Positions 43,545-53,298 are shown, counted from the stretch's first letter. The stretch: 64,000 nt of DNA from Gammaproteobacteria bacterium (GCA_035548835.1 DASZSB010000086.1:5094-69093); one strand, 5' to 3'. The notes: a model not told the origin generated them from the sequence alone. A program made the numbers and translations.

Positions 43545-46500
43545 ACTTCGTCACCTGGTCCATTCGCAACCCGGTCCCCGTCATCGTCCTGTTCGTAGGA
43601 CTCACGATCGCGGGCCTGCTGAGCTTCCCGAAGCTCGGTGTGCAGGACCGCCCGGACATCGAGTTTCCGGCCGTGGTCGTTACGGTGACGTACCCGGGCG
43701 TGGCGCCCACGCAGATGGAGTCGGAGATCACTCGCAAGGTCGAGGACGCCGTTGCGACGATCGCCGGCATCGAGCAGATGACGTCCACGGTCGACGAAGG
43801 CGCTTCGACGACCAGCATCGAGTTCCACTTCGGCACCGACCTGTCCCAGGCGATCGACGACGTGCGCGACGCCATGACGCGCATCCGCTCCGATCTGCCG
43901 CCCGACGCGAACGAGCCCATCGTCTCGCGCGTGAACACGGCCGGCGACGCGCTCGTCACCTGGACCGTCTCGTCCGACAACATGAGCGACACCGAGCTCT
44001 CTTGGTTCGTCGACCTCGTCGTCCAGCGCGAGCTTTCCTCGGTCCCCGGCATGGGCAAGATCACGCGTGTGGGCGGCGTGGACCGCGAGATCCGCGTCGA
44101 CCTCGATCCCGACCGCATGGCCTCGCTCGGTGCCACGGCGAGCGACGTGTCGCGGCAGCTGCGGCGCATCCAGGCCGAATACCCGGGCGGCGAGGGCCGC
44201 GTGGGTGGCCTCGAGCAGACGGTGCGCACGACCGGCATCATCACGTCCGTCTACGATTTGCGTGCGCTGCCGATCTCGCTGCCCGACGGCCGCAGTGTCC
44301 GGCTCGACACGATCGCGGACGTCCGCGACCAGGCGGGCGAGCAACGCGCGGCCGCGCTGCTCGACGGCAAGCCCGTGATCGGGTTCGAGATCGTGCGCGC
44401 CTGGGGCGCCAGCGCGCTCGGCGTCGCGAAGGAATCGCGCAAGATCGTGGACCGGCTGGCCAAGGAGTATCCGCACGTCCACTTCGCCGAGGCGAGCTCC
44501 ACGGTCGGCTACATTCAGACGTCGTACGACGCGTCGATGGAGATGCTCGTCGAGGGCGCGATCCTCGCGATCATCGTGGTGTGGCTGTTCCTGCGTGACT
44601 GGCGCGCCACGGCCGTGTCGGCCATCGCGCTGCCGCTGTCGATCATTCCTGCCTTCTGGGCCATCTGGGCGCTCGGCTTCACGCTGAACATCCTGACGAT
44701 GCTGGCGCTGACGCTGGTCGTCGGCATCCTCGTCGACGATGCGATCGTCGAGGTCGAGAACATCGTGCGCCACCTGCGCATGGGCAAGAAGCCGAAGGCG
44801 GCGGCCATGGACGCCGCCATCGAGATCGGTCTCGCCGTCGTCGCCACCACGCTCACGATCTGCGCCGTGTTCATCCCCGTCGCCTTCATGAGCGGCATCG
44901 CCGGACAGTTCTTCCGGCCTTTCGGCTTCACGGTCACGGTGTCGGTGCTGTTCTCGCTGCTCGTGGCGCGGACGCTCACGCCGATGATGGCCGCCTACTT
45001 CCTGAAGCCGCACGAGGAGAAGCCGAAGGGCCGCGCGATCGTCATGCCGCGGTACCTGGCCACCGTCCGCTGGTGTCTCATGAACCGCTGGAAGACGCTG
45101 GGCCTCGCGACCGTGATCATCGGCGCCATGCTGGCCGTGTTCCCGCTGCTGTCGACCGCGTTCTCGCCGGCCGGCGACAACGGCTTCACGCGCCTCACGG
45201 TCGAGCTCGCGCCCGGCTCGTCCCTCGAGGACACCATCGCCGTGGCCGAAAACGTGCGCAAGCGCCTCGCGACGCTGCCGGACACGGGTAGCGTCTACAC
45301 GGCCATCGGCACGCAGGGCCGCAGCAGCCCCGGTGGCGGTGGCGGCGGAGCAGGCACCGTTCGCCGCGGCACGATGACCATCCAGATCAACAACCCCACG
45401 GGCACGCGCGGCGCGCAGCAGGCGTTCGAGCGCAAGGCCATGGCGTTGCTGCGCGACGTCCCGGGTGCGCGTCTGCAGTTCCAGGGCAGCGATGCCGACC
45501 GGTTGCAGGTCACGCTCTCGGGCGACGATGGCGCGCGGCTCGCATTCGCGGCCGCGAACGTGGAGCGCGAGATCCGCAAGATCCCCGGTCTCGGCACGAT
45601 CACGAGCAGCGCCGCCCTGCAAAAGCCGGAGATCGTGATCCGGCCGGATCCGGAGCGCGCCGCGGACCTTGGCGTCACCACCGAGACGCTCGGGCTCGTC
45701 ACGCGCATCGCCACCAGCGGCGACGTCGACACCGGGCTCGCGAAGTTCAACCTCGACAACCGGCAGATCCCGATCCGTGTGCGGCTGAACGATCAGTCGC
45801 GGGGCGATCTCGAGCGCATCAAGCTGCTGGCCGTGCCCTCGAAGCTCGGCACCGTGCCGCTGATGAACATCGCCGACGTTTCGCTCGGCGCCGGTCCGGT
45901 CCAGATCACGCGCATCGACCGCAGCCGCAACATCAACCTGAACGTGAGCCTGAACGGCATGGCGCTCGGCGACGCGCTGAACACGGTCGAGAACCTGCCG
46001 TCGATGAAGAACCTGCCGGACGGCGTGCGCCACATGCGCACGGGCAACGCGCGCTGGATCGTCGAGATCTTCAGCCAGTTCGCGATCGCGATGGCGATCG
46101 GCGTGCTGTCGATCTACGCCGTGCTCGTGATGCTGTTCCACAAGTTCATCCAGCCGGTCACGATCCTGACCGCGTTGCCGCCGTCGGCTGCGGGCGCGGC
46201 CGTGGCGCTGTACTTCACGGGCAACGGCCTTGCGATCAATTCCCTGATCGGCCTGTTGATGCTGATGGGCATCGTGTCGAAGAACTCGATCCTGCTGGTC
46301 GAGTACGCGATCATGGCGCAGCGCGATCAGGGTCTGTCCCGCTTCGAAGCGCTGGTGGACTCCTGCTCGAAGCGCGCGCGCCCGATCGTCATGACCACGA
46401 TCGCGATGGGTGCGGGCATGATGCCGGTCGCCATGGGGTGGGCCGGCGATCCCAGCTTTCGCGCACCGATGGGCATCGCCGTGATCGGCGGCCTCCTCGT

Positions 46501-46642
46501 CTCCACGATCATGAGCCTGTTCATCGTGCCGGCCATGTTCACGGTGATCGACGACTTCCAGCAGTGGCTGTCCCGCAAGTGGGGCGGTCACGCGCATGAA
46601 GAACACGAGGGCAGTCCGCATCCGACGGGCGCGGCGCTCTAG
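43541..46642 (+). CDS. Efflux RND transporter permease (AcrB/HAE-like)
   Basis: 1033 aa starting MNFVTWSIRNPVPVIVLF, with 12 TM helices and two large periplasmic loops. ATGA overlap with the adaptor gene. Confidence 0.9.
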   Translation: MNFVTWSIRNPVPVIVLFVGLTIAGLLSFPKLGVQDRPDIEFPAVVVTVTYPGVAPTQMESEITRKVEDAVATIAGIEQMTSTVDEGASTTSIEFHFGTDLSQAIDDVRDAMTRIRSDLPPDANEPIVSRVNTAGDALVTWTVSSDNMSDTELSWFVDLVVQRELSSVPGMGKITRVGGVDREIRVDLDPDRMASLGATASDVSRQLRRIQAEYPGGEGRVGGLEQTVRTTGIITSVYDLRALPISLPDGRSVRLDTIADVRDQAGEQRAAALLDGKPVIGFEIVRAWGASALGVAKESRKIVDRLAKEYPHVHFAEASSTVGYIQTSYDASMEMLVEGAILAIIVVWLFLRDWRATAVSAIALPLSIIPAFWAIWALGFTLNILTMLALTLVVGILVDDAIVEVENIVRHLRMGKKPKAAAMDAAIEIGLAVVATTLTICAVFIPVAFMSGIAGQFFRPFGFTVTVSVLFSLLVARTLTPMMAAYFLKPHEEKPKGRAIVMPRYLATVRWCLMNRWKTLGLATVIIGAMLAVFPLLSTAFSPAGDNGFTRLTVELAPGSSLEDTIAVAENVRKRLATLPDTGSVYTAIGTQGRSSPGGGGGGAGTVRRGTMTIQINNPTGTRGAQQAFERKAMALLRDVPGARLQFQGSDADRLQVTLSGDDGARLAFAAANVEREIRKIPGLGTITSSAALQKPEIVIRPDPERAADLGVTTETLGLVTRIATSGDVDTGLAKFNLDNRQIPIRVRLNDQSRGDLERIKLLAVPSKLGTVPLMNIADVSLGAGPVQITRIDRSRNINLNVSLNGMALGDALNTVENLPSMKNLPDGVRHMRTGNARWIVEIFSQFAIAMAIGVLSIYAVLVMLFHKFIQPVTILTALPPSAAGAAVALYFTGNGLAINSLIGLLMLMGIVSKNSILLVEYAIMAQRDQGLSRFEALVDSCSKRARPIVMTTIAMGAGMMPVAMGWAGDPSFRAPMGIAVIGGLLVSTIMSLFIVPAMFTVIDDFQQWLSRKWGGHAHEEHEGSPHPTGAAL

Positions 46643-46776
46643 CGCCGCGCTTGTCGCGTAGCATCCGGTGACTTGCGCACCGGAGCCCTTCCGGCACGAT
46701 GGCGCCGCGGCCGCGGCTCGCGGTCGTCCCGTCGGCGCCCGCGTCCGGGGCGTGCGACACTCCGAGCGAGGCCCCG

Positions 46777-47490
46777 ATGATTCCCCGCATGCTGCTCGCG
46801 ACCGCGTTGATTCCCGATACGACGACGGAGCTGCAGCTGTTCCGGTCCGGCGATCTGTTCTCGATCATGATTCCAGGTCGTGGCGACCTCATGAACAGCC
46901 GTGTGCACGGCTCCGAGAAAGCGCTTGCGGATCTCGCCTGTGAGCAGCTGGGGAGCAGGCGGAAGCCGCGCCTGCTGATCGGCGGACTCGGCATGGGATT
47001 CACGCTGGCCGCCGCGCTGAAGACGGTCGGCCCCGACGCCGAGGTCGTCGTGGCGGAGCTCGTGCCGGAGGTCGTCACCTGGAATCGCACGTTGATCGGC
47101 GCGCCGGCGGGTCACCCGCTGGCGGATCCGCGTAGCAAGGTGTACGTCGGCGACGTAGGCGTGCTGATTCGACGGGAGCGAGGCGGTTTCGACGCCATTC
47201 TGATGGACGTGGACAACGGACCCGAAGCCCTCGTTCGCCGGGAGAACAACTGGCTCTACAGCGCCGCGGGGCTGCGGGCCACGCGCGATGCGCTACGCCC
47301 CCGCGGCGTGCTGGCCGTCTGGTCCGCGAGCCCCGATCGAGCCTTCAGCAAACGACTGCGACAAGCCGGCTTCGACGTGCGCGAGCACGTCGTGCGCCCG
47401 CATCGCGCGGGCAAGGGGCCTCGGCATCACGTGTGGGTCGGAACCCTACGCGACCGAGGCCTGGACCAAGCAGCGTCCCGCACAGGCTAG
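46777..47490 (+). CDS. Spermidine-synthase-like SAM-dependent methyltransferase-fold protein
   Basis: 237 aa from MIPRMLLAT. LIGGLGMGFTL is the GxGxG motif, and ILMDVDNGP is also present. Confidence 0.6.
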   Translation: MIPRMLLATALIPDTTTELQLFRSGDLFSIMIPGRGDLMNSRVHGSEKALADLACEQLGSRRKPRLLIGGLGMGFTLAAALKTVGPDAEVVVAELVPEVVTWNRTLIGAPAGHPLADPRSKVYVGDVGVLIRRERGGFDAILMDVDNGPEALVRRENNWLYSAAGLRATRDALRPRGVLAVWSASPDRAFSKRLRQAGFDVREHVVRPHRAGKGPRHHVWVGTLRDRGLDQAASRTG

Positions 47491-49076
47491 GGCGCGCGAC
47501 ACTCGAAATTCGCGGCGTCGTCGATGCTGCCCTGGCCCTGGTAGCGCGCGACCTGCGGGTAAGGGCACAGCGGCCGCGAGCGCGTGACTGCGCCGTCCAC
47601 GATTTTCTTCGCCACGATCTTCTGCGGCGCCACGCCCCTCTCGACCCAGTCGATTACGGCGGTGACCGCGTCGTTCTGGTCGGGGCCGATGCCGCCGGCG
47701 CAGTGCGCCATGCCGGGCACCATGAACAGGCGCATGAAGCCGTCGGCGTTCGGCGCGTTTGCCTTGCTCGCGGCCTCGTAGTAGTTCACGCCCATCAACG
47801 GCTGCAGGATCGTGTCGGCCCAGCCGTAGGTCATGATCAGCTTGCCGCCGCGCGCCCGGAACGCTTTGAGGTTCGTGTCCGTGGCGTTCGCGATCTTGCC
47901 CCAGCGGTTGAGCAGCGGCGGGTCGCGGTCGAAGTCGAACGTCCTGTAGTCGTAGTCGGGCCGCGGCGGCTGGAACACGAGGTAGCGCATCGTGTTCTCG
48001 GCCAGCGAGAAATCCGCGGGCTTCGCGTCGGGGGTCGCGGGCAGGATCAGGTTCGTCCACAGGCTGGCCGTCGTGCCGTTCGGGCCGGCGCTGAGCGCCT
48101 CGCTGCCGATCATGAAGCCCGGGAACAGCGGCTTGCCCTTCGAGCTCGGGCCGTCGTACACCTTCTGGATCGCAGCCGCCTGCGCGGGCGTCAGGCACGT
48201 GGCCGCATCGGTGCCGACGGGGCAGCTCGGCACGTCCGTCGCCACCTTGAACGAGCAGCGGCGCGGATCGTCGATGAGACCGTCCTTCAGGCCGTCGACG
48301 GCGTCGCACTTGGCCATCACGGCGTTCGCGACGAGCGCGATCTTCCCGGCCGACACGGACGTCTCCGTCAACGCGCGCTGGTTCCACAGCGCGCCGATCG
48401 TGAAGCCGGTCTGGTCCACCCACGGCGCGTTGGCCACGATGCCGTCGAAGTCCTCGGGGTAGCGCTGCGCCTCGAGCAGGCCCTGGCGGCCGCCGTTGCT
48501 GCACGAGTTCCAGTACGAGTGCGCGACGGCCTGGCCGTAGTAGCGGCGTGCGATCTCCTTCGCGGTGGTCGCGGTCAGGTGCACGGCGCGATACGCGTAG
48601 TCGATGGCCTTCTGCGGGTTGCTCAGCACGAACGTGCCGCCGGGCTCCTTGCTCGCGTAGTGCCCCGTGTTCGTGCCGGCGATCACGAAGCCGTGCGTGA
48701 GCGCCTGGTTGCGCTGCGCGACGCGGTTCGCGTCGTCGAGCTGCTCGCCCGCGTGGCCGCCGTTGCCGATCATGTAGAAGCGGCCGTTCCACGGTGCCGG
48801 CAGATTCACCTCGAACGCGATCTCGGGCGCGAGCGTGCCGGTCACGTGGCAGTACGCCGGAACCTCGCCCGCCGCGGGCATCGATGTGGCCTTGATCTCG
48901 ACCAGCTCGTCGAGCTTCAGTTGCCCGAGCGAGTCGCAGGCGCCTTTCGGCGCGAGCGTGCCGCCCGAATAGCCGCTGCGCGAGGTCCTGGCCTCCGCGA
49001 ACGGTTGCGCGTGAGCCGAGCCCAAGAGTCCCATGACCGCGGCCGCGACGGCCGCGAGTGTTCCAGCGCTACGCAT
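47487..49076 (-). CDS. Tannase/feruloyl esterase family alpha/beta hydrolase (secreted)
   Basis: 529 aa. A signal peptide is followed by WNGRFYMIGNGGHAG, YWNSCSNGGRQG and multiple Cys pairs typical of the family. Confidence 0.8.
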   Translation of the reverse strand: MRSAGTLAAVAAAVMGLLGSAHAQPFAEARTSRSGYSGGTLAPKGACDSLGQLKLDELVEIKATSMPAAGEVPAYCHVTGTLAPEIAFEVNLPAPWNGRFYMIGNGGHAGEQLDDANRVAQRNQALTHGFVIAGTNTGHYASKEPGGTFVLSNPQKAIDYAYRAVHLTATTAKEIARRYYGQAVAHSYWNSCSNGGRQGLLEAQRYPEDFDGIVANAPWVDQTGFTIGALWNQRALTETSVSAGKIALVANAVMAKCDAVDGLKDGLIDDPRRCSFKVATDVPSCPVGTDAATCLTPAQAAAIQKVYDGPSSKGKPLFPGFMIGSEALSAGPNGTTASLWTNLILPATPDAKPADFSLAENTMRYLVFQPPRPDYDYRTFDFDRDPPLLNRWGKIANATDTNLKAFRARGGKLIMTYGWADTILQPLMGVNYYEAASKANAPNADGFMRLFMVPGMAHCAGGIGPDQNDAVTAVIDWVERGVAPQKIVAKKIVDGAVTRSRPLCPYPQVARYQGQGSIDDAANFECRAP

Positions 49077-49154
49077 GTTCGTATTCCCCCGGGAGCGGTG
49101 TGCGCACGATTGAGCGCGCGGCCGCGGCGCATGTCAACCGCGGGAATCGGCGCC

Positions 49155-50075
49155 TCAGCCGTGACGATGCTCGGCGATGAACTTGCCGAGCGTGCGGAAC
49201 TCGTCCGCGCGTGCGCTGCCTCGCCGCCAGATCAGCGCGATCGTGCGATGACTCTTGTCGCCGAGCGGGTACATGCGTACCTGCGTGCTCTGCAGCAGCG
49301 CCGAATCCTCGGCCATCTCCGGCAGGAACGTGATGCCGAGATCGGCGTCGACCATCTCGATGAGCGTCAGCAGGCTCGAGGCCGAGACGGGGCTCGTCTT
49401 GCGCGTGTCGCGCAGCTTGCACGCCTCGATCGCGTGCTCGCGCATGCAGTGGCCTTCGCGCAGCAGCAGCACCGTGCCGGAGTTCAGGCGGTTGAAGCGG
49501 TACTTCGCGGGGTCGACGAGCTGCGTGCCGGCGCGCGCGGCCAGCAGGAACCGGTCGTTGAACAGCGGCATCTGCTCGGTGCCCGGCACGTCGTACGGCA
49601 ACGCCAGCACGGCTACGTCGAGCGTGCCCTCGAGCAGCTGCCGGTGCAGGACTTCGGTCAGGTCCTCGTGCAGGTAGAGCTTCAGCTCGGGGTACGCGCG
49701 GCGCAGCGCCGGCAGCACGCGCGGCAGCAGGAACGGCGCGATCGTCGGAATGATGCCGAGCTGCAGCGAGCCCTGCAGCGGCCGGCCCTGGCCGCGCGCG
49801 TGCTCCACGAGCGCGGTCAGGTCCTGCAGGCACAGCTTCGCGAGCGAGGCGATCTCGCGCCCCGCGGCCGTGATGGTCACGCGGCGATTCGTGCGGTCGA
49901 CGAGGTTGGCGCCGAGCAGCGTCTCGAGCTCCTGGATCGCGATGCTGAACGCCGACTGCGACACGAAGCACTGTGCCGCCGCGCGGCCGAAGTGCTTCGC
50001 CTCCGCGAGCGCGACGAAGTAGCGTAGCTGCTTGACGGTCGGCAGATGGGTGGCGGGACGATCCTGCGACGACAT
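49155..50075 (-). CDS. LysR-family regulator, OxyR-like
   Basis: 306 aa. LRYFVALAEAKHFGRAA, GIIPTIAPFLLP and LREGHCMREHAIEAC, with two Cys in the same C-x8-C spacing as the E. coli OxyR redox pair (GHCLRDQAMGFC). Confidence 0.75.
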   Translation of the reverse strand: MSSQDRPATHLPTVKQLRYFVALAEAKHFGRAAAQCFVSQSAFSIAIQELETLLGANLVDRTNRRVTITAAGREIASLAKLCLQDLTALVEHARGQGRPLQGSLQLGIIPTIAPFLLPRVLPALRRAYPELKLYLHEDLTEVLHRQLLEGTLDVAVLALPYDVPGTEQMPLFNDRFLLAARAGTQLVDPAKYRFNRLNSGTVLLLREGHCMREHAIEACKLRDTRKTSPVSASSLLTLIEMVDADLGITFLPEMAEDSALLQSTQVRMYPLGDKSHRTIALIWRRGSARADEFRTLGKFIAEHRHG

Positions 50076-50076
50076 G

Positions 50077-50580
50077 TCACTCCTGCGGCTCGGGCGCCCC
50101 CCGCCTGCCGAAGCGCATGCGGAACAGCTCGATGTAGCCGTGGCGTTGCCACTCGGGCGTCGCCAGCATGATGTCGCTGCGCAGCGGCGGCCGGTTCGGA
50201 TCGTAGAGCGGCATGAACGTCACGTGGAAGCGCCCGGTGTCGTCGGCTTCTTCCTGCTTCTTGCGCCACTCGCTGCCGAGATCGGGCAGCCGCCAGCCCC
50301 GGCCGATGACGATGATCTCGTCGGGCTTGCCTGCGCGGTCCTCGGGCAGGGGCGCGAGCGTGGCCGCGTTCGGTGGCCGCAGGGAGCCCAGGATCGGCGG
50401 CGGCGTGGGGCCGCGTGTCGGGGCGGCGACGGCCGGAGCCTGGGCCGGTTCGCCAGGAGGATCGGCGCGGCGCTCGATGCGCGGCGGTCGCAGCAGCGGA
50501 TCGTTCTGGGCCAGCGCCGCGGGCGGCAGACCCGCCACGATCAGCGCACCGAGGAACGCCAGTGTGTCAGCGTGATGCAT
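50077..50580 (-). CDS. Secreted Pro-rich protein, function unknown
   Basis: 167 aa. Signal peptide, a Pro-rich stretch, then a conserved-looking C-terminal region. Lies 1 nt upstream of the OxyR-like gene and overlaps the SBP gene by 14 nt. Confidence 0.5.
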   Translation of the reverse strand: MHHADTLAFLGALIVAGLPPAALAQNDPLLRPPRIERRADPPGEPAQAPAVAAPTRGPTPPPILGSLRPPNAATLAPLPEDRAGKPDEIIVIGRGWRLPDLGSEWRKKQEEADDTGRFHVTFMPLYDPNRPPLRSDIMLATPEWQRHGYIELFRMRFGRRGAPEPQE

Positions 50581-51370
50581 TGCCGAGCCGCTCCCGCCAG
50601 CGTAGCGATTTGAACCAGTAGTTCGTGGTCGTCGGCAGCCACGTGTCGGCGTCGCGCGCGACGATCCACGCGTTCAGGAAGGCGAGAAAGTCGGGATCGC
50701 CCTTGTTGACCGCGAACGCCGATCGGCTGACGAGCAGCGGGCGCGGCAGCGGCTTGTCGATGACCCCGGGGTTGTCGAGCACGAGGAACGTCGGCACGGG
50801 CTCGTCCTCGAGGTAGCCGTCCACCTCGCCGGCCACGAGCGCGCGGCTCGCGACGTCGGGCGAGGAGACGAGCTTGAGCTTGGCGCGCGGCAGCAACCGC
50901 CGCGCAACCTGCGCGGCGACGGAGCCGTCCAGGGCGACGATCGTGTGCCGGTCGTCGTCGAGATCCTCGAGCTTCGTGACGTTGGCGGTGCGTGCGACGT
51001 GCGTCGCGAGCCCGACGCCGCCCTCGGCGTACGGTTGGCTGAAGTTCACGTGCAGCGCGCGGGCCGGCGTGATCGTGAGGCCGGCGGCGATCAGGTCGAT
51101 CTCGCCCGATTCGAGCGCCGGGATCAGGCGGTCGATGTCGTAGGCGCGCAGATCGGCCTTCACGCGCAGGTCGGTCGCGAGCTGCTTGGCGACGTCGACC
51201 TCGAAGCCTACGAGCTCGCCGTTGGCGGCCCGCGCGGCCCACGGGGCATACAGGGTGACGCCCACGCGCAGCGTGCCGGTGTTCAGCACCTGCTGCAGGT
51301 CGCGTGCGTCCGCGCGCGGCAGCCACGCCGCGCCGAGAATCAGCAGTGCCGCGATCGTCGTGCGTGTCAT
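50567..51370 (-). CDS. Family-3 (amino-acid type) solute-binding protein, orphan
   Basis: 267 aa. Signal peptide, then GTLRVGV, GFEVDVAKQLA and IDLIAAGLTITPAR. No ABC permease or ATPase gene is adjacent. Confidence 0.75.
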   Translation of the reverse strand: MTRTTIAALLILGAAWLPRADARDLQQVLNTGTLRVGVTLYAPWAARAANGELVGFEVDVAKQLATDLRVKADLRAYDIDRLIPALESGEIDLIAAGLTITPARALHVNFSQPYAEGGVGLATHVARTANVTKLEDLDDDRHTIVALDGSVAAQVARRLLPRAKLKLVSSPDVASRALVAGEVDGYLEDEPVPTFLVLDNPGVIDKPLPRPLLVSRSAFAVNKGDPDFLAFLNAWIVARDADTWLPTTTNYWFKSLRWRERLGNASR

Positions 51371-51509
51371 CGTGCGTCCGCCCGTCCTGCGATTAAGACC
51401 CGAGTTGCCGGATTTGGTTGCCGCGTCTTCAGGCCCTCGTGCGCGCCAGGGTATGATCGCGGCGACGAGTCATCGTAACCGATCTCAACTCTGCAAACCG
51501 ATCCGTCGC

Positions 51510-51983
51510 GTGACCGATTCGACCAGAGATCGAGCCTCCACGGTGCGTGCGGCCGCCACGCCGCCTTCGCGCGGTCAGCGCATCGCCGCGTTCGCGTTTC
51601 TGGCCGCGTTCGGCCTGACGATCCTGACGGTGGTGCTGACCGGCCTCTGGGTGCGCAGCCCGGCCGCCCGGCGGGCCCCGGACCCTGAGGTGGTGTCGCT
51701 CGTGCCCGCCGAGGCGCGGACGGTGAACCTGCTGTTCGAATCGCGAGTGAGTCTCAACGACGTGCGGTATACCCTGGAGCTGCCGCCCGGCATCGAGTTG
51801 CGCGGCCGCCCCGGCGTGCGCAGGGTCGTCTGGACGGCGCCGCTCGCGGCCGGCAACAACGTGCTGCCGCTCGAGCTCGTGGCGCTCTCGGGGCACGGGG
51901 GACAGCTCGCGGCCCGCCTGCAGCACGGCGCGGCGCAGAAGACGTTCGTGGTCGATCTCGCCGTAGGCGGGGTGCGGCGGTGA
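51510..51983 (+). CDS. Membrane-anchored hypothetical protein
   Basis: 157 aa with a GTG start and one TM helix (IAAFAFLAAFGLTILTVVLTGLW). Codon bias is compatible with coding. No family recognised. Confidence 0.4.
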   Translation: MTDSTRDRASTVRAAATPPSRGQRIAAFAFLAAFGLTILTVVLTGLWVRSPAARRAPDPEVVSLVPAEARTVNLLFESRVSLNDVRYTLELPPGIELRGRPGVRRVVWTAPLAAGNNVLPLELVALSGHGGQLAARLQHGAAQKTFVVDLAVGGVRR

Positions 51984-52216
51984 GCCGGCGCAGGGCCCTG
52001 TTGCGCGGAGCGCTGCTGCTCGCGGCGGCCGGAGTCGCCGGCGCGCAGGGCGATCTCGACGTGTCGATGCGCGTGGTCGACGACGTGCAGGGCTTGGGCG
52101 CCGCCGTGATCGTGATCGGTCCGGACGCGATCGAAACGCGTGTCTCCGAGGCGCCGCAGCCGGGCGCGGCGGAGGCCGCGCCGCGCAGCGGAGACGCGGC
52201 CGCGCCGGCTCAGTAG
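51980..52216 (+). CDS. Small secreted hypothetical protein
   Basis: 78 aa with an RR-containing signal-like N-terminus. GTGA overlap with the upstream ORF. Weak support only. Confidence 0.25.
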   Translation: MSRRRALLRGALLLAAAGVAGAQGDLDVSMRVVDDVQGLGAAVIVIGPDAIETRVSEAPQPGAAEAAPRSGDAAAPAQ

Positions 52217-53298
52217 GAGCGCGCCACCGCGATCGTGCTGCGGTCCTGCGGATCGACGCTCGCGTCCTGCCCGCCGACGGCGCGCGTCCACTGGCGTGCG
52301 TCGGCGCGGCACTCGGCGTCGTTCTCGGCGCAGGCCACCCACCAGTACTCGGAGTTCGGAGCGCGCGTGACCGAGAAGCTGTCCGTGTACGTGTACGTGC
52401 GGACCTCGGCGGCATCGCGCTGCGTGTAGCTCTTGCCGACGCGCGGGTCGCCGGCGGCGGCCAGAATGTCGCCGCGTTCCTCGGACGTGCTGCACACCCA
52501 GCGGCCGAGGTTGCGGCCGGTGCCCTGAGCGCAACCGAATACCACGAGCGGATCGCGGCAGGCGTTGATCAGGCCGACGTCGACCATCTCGCCGTAGTTG
52601 TAGACCGCGTCCTGTCGCACGCACTGATTGCGCGGACCGTACGCTGCCGCCGAGCGGCGGCTCGCGGCGCGCGGCGGCTGGAATTCGATGCGTTCCTTGA
52701 AGACCTGCGGCGCGCGCGCGGGATCCTCGGCGTAGCGCCGGCGCTCGACGGCCGCGAGCGCGGCCGAATCGAAGACGCCGGCGGGCTCCGCCGCGACGAC
52801 GTGCGCCTTCTCCACACGGCCCGCCGCGTTCACGGTGAACTCGACATCGACGTGGCCCCTGAGCTCGCGCAGCAGTGCGGACGCCGGGTAGACGGGCACC
52901 ACCGCGATCAGCGGCTTCAGGCCGGCGTTCGCGCCCTCGGCCGCGGCGGCCGGAGCCGCGGCGGGGGGCGGCGTACGGGTGGCGGGAGCGGCAGCGTTCG
53001 CGCCGTTGTCGCGACACACCTGGCAGCTCTGCACCAGGATCTTCGGATTCGCGGTCCGCGCGGGCCAGCTCTGGCGATCCTCGCCGTCGACCGCCACGGA
53101 CACGAACGGCTGGCCATCGACGAAGTAGTCGACGCGCGCGCATTGCGGCCGGTCGGTCTTGACCTCGAGGAAGCTGCCGTGCGCCGTGACGTTGGCGGTG
53201 CAGGTATCGACCACGCTGGTGCAGTCGCAACGATACTGGGCGTGAGCCGCGCCGCCCGCGAGCAGCAGAGCGAGCGCGAAGGCATGCATACGATTCAT
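52210..53298 (-). CDS. Secreted Cys-rich protein with a central TonB C-terminal-like domain
   Basis: 362 aa from MNRMHAFALALLLAGGAAHA with GGAG upstream. The TonB_C-like core is PVYPASALLRELRGHVDVEFTVNAAGRV, flanked by Cys-rich N- and C-terminal domains. Confidence 0.7.
   Translation of the reverse strand: MNRMHAFALALLLAGGAAHAQYRCDCTSVVDTCTANVTAHGSFLEVKTDRPQCARVDYFVDGQPFVSVAVDGEDRQSWPARTANPKILVQSCQVCRDNGANAAAPATRTPPPAAAPAAAAEGANAGLKPLIAVVPVYPASALLRELRGHVDVEFTVNAAGRVEKAHVVAAEPAGVFDSAALAAVERRRYAEDPARAPQVFKERIEFQPPRAASRRSAAAYGPRNQCVRQDAVYNYGEMVDVGLINACRDPLVVFGCAQGTGRNLGRWVCSTSEERGDILAAAGDPRVGKSYTQRDAAEVRTYTYTDSFSVTRAPNSEYWWVACAENDAECRADARQWTRAVGGQDASVDPQDRSTIAVARSY

Noticed and set aside
51186-51509. 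The N-terminal 108 residues of tracked ORF 51186..51983 as coding sequence.
   Set aside because: This part is antisense to the solute-binding-protein gene and is Ser/Arg/Pro-rich. Only the portion from GTG 51510, which has a TM helix and lies in intergenic DNA, is plausible, and even that has low confidence.
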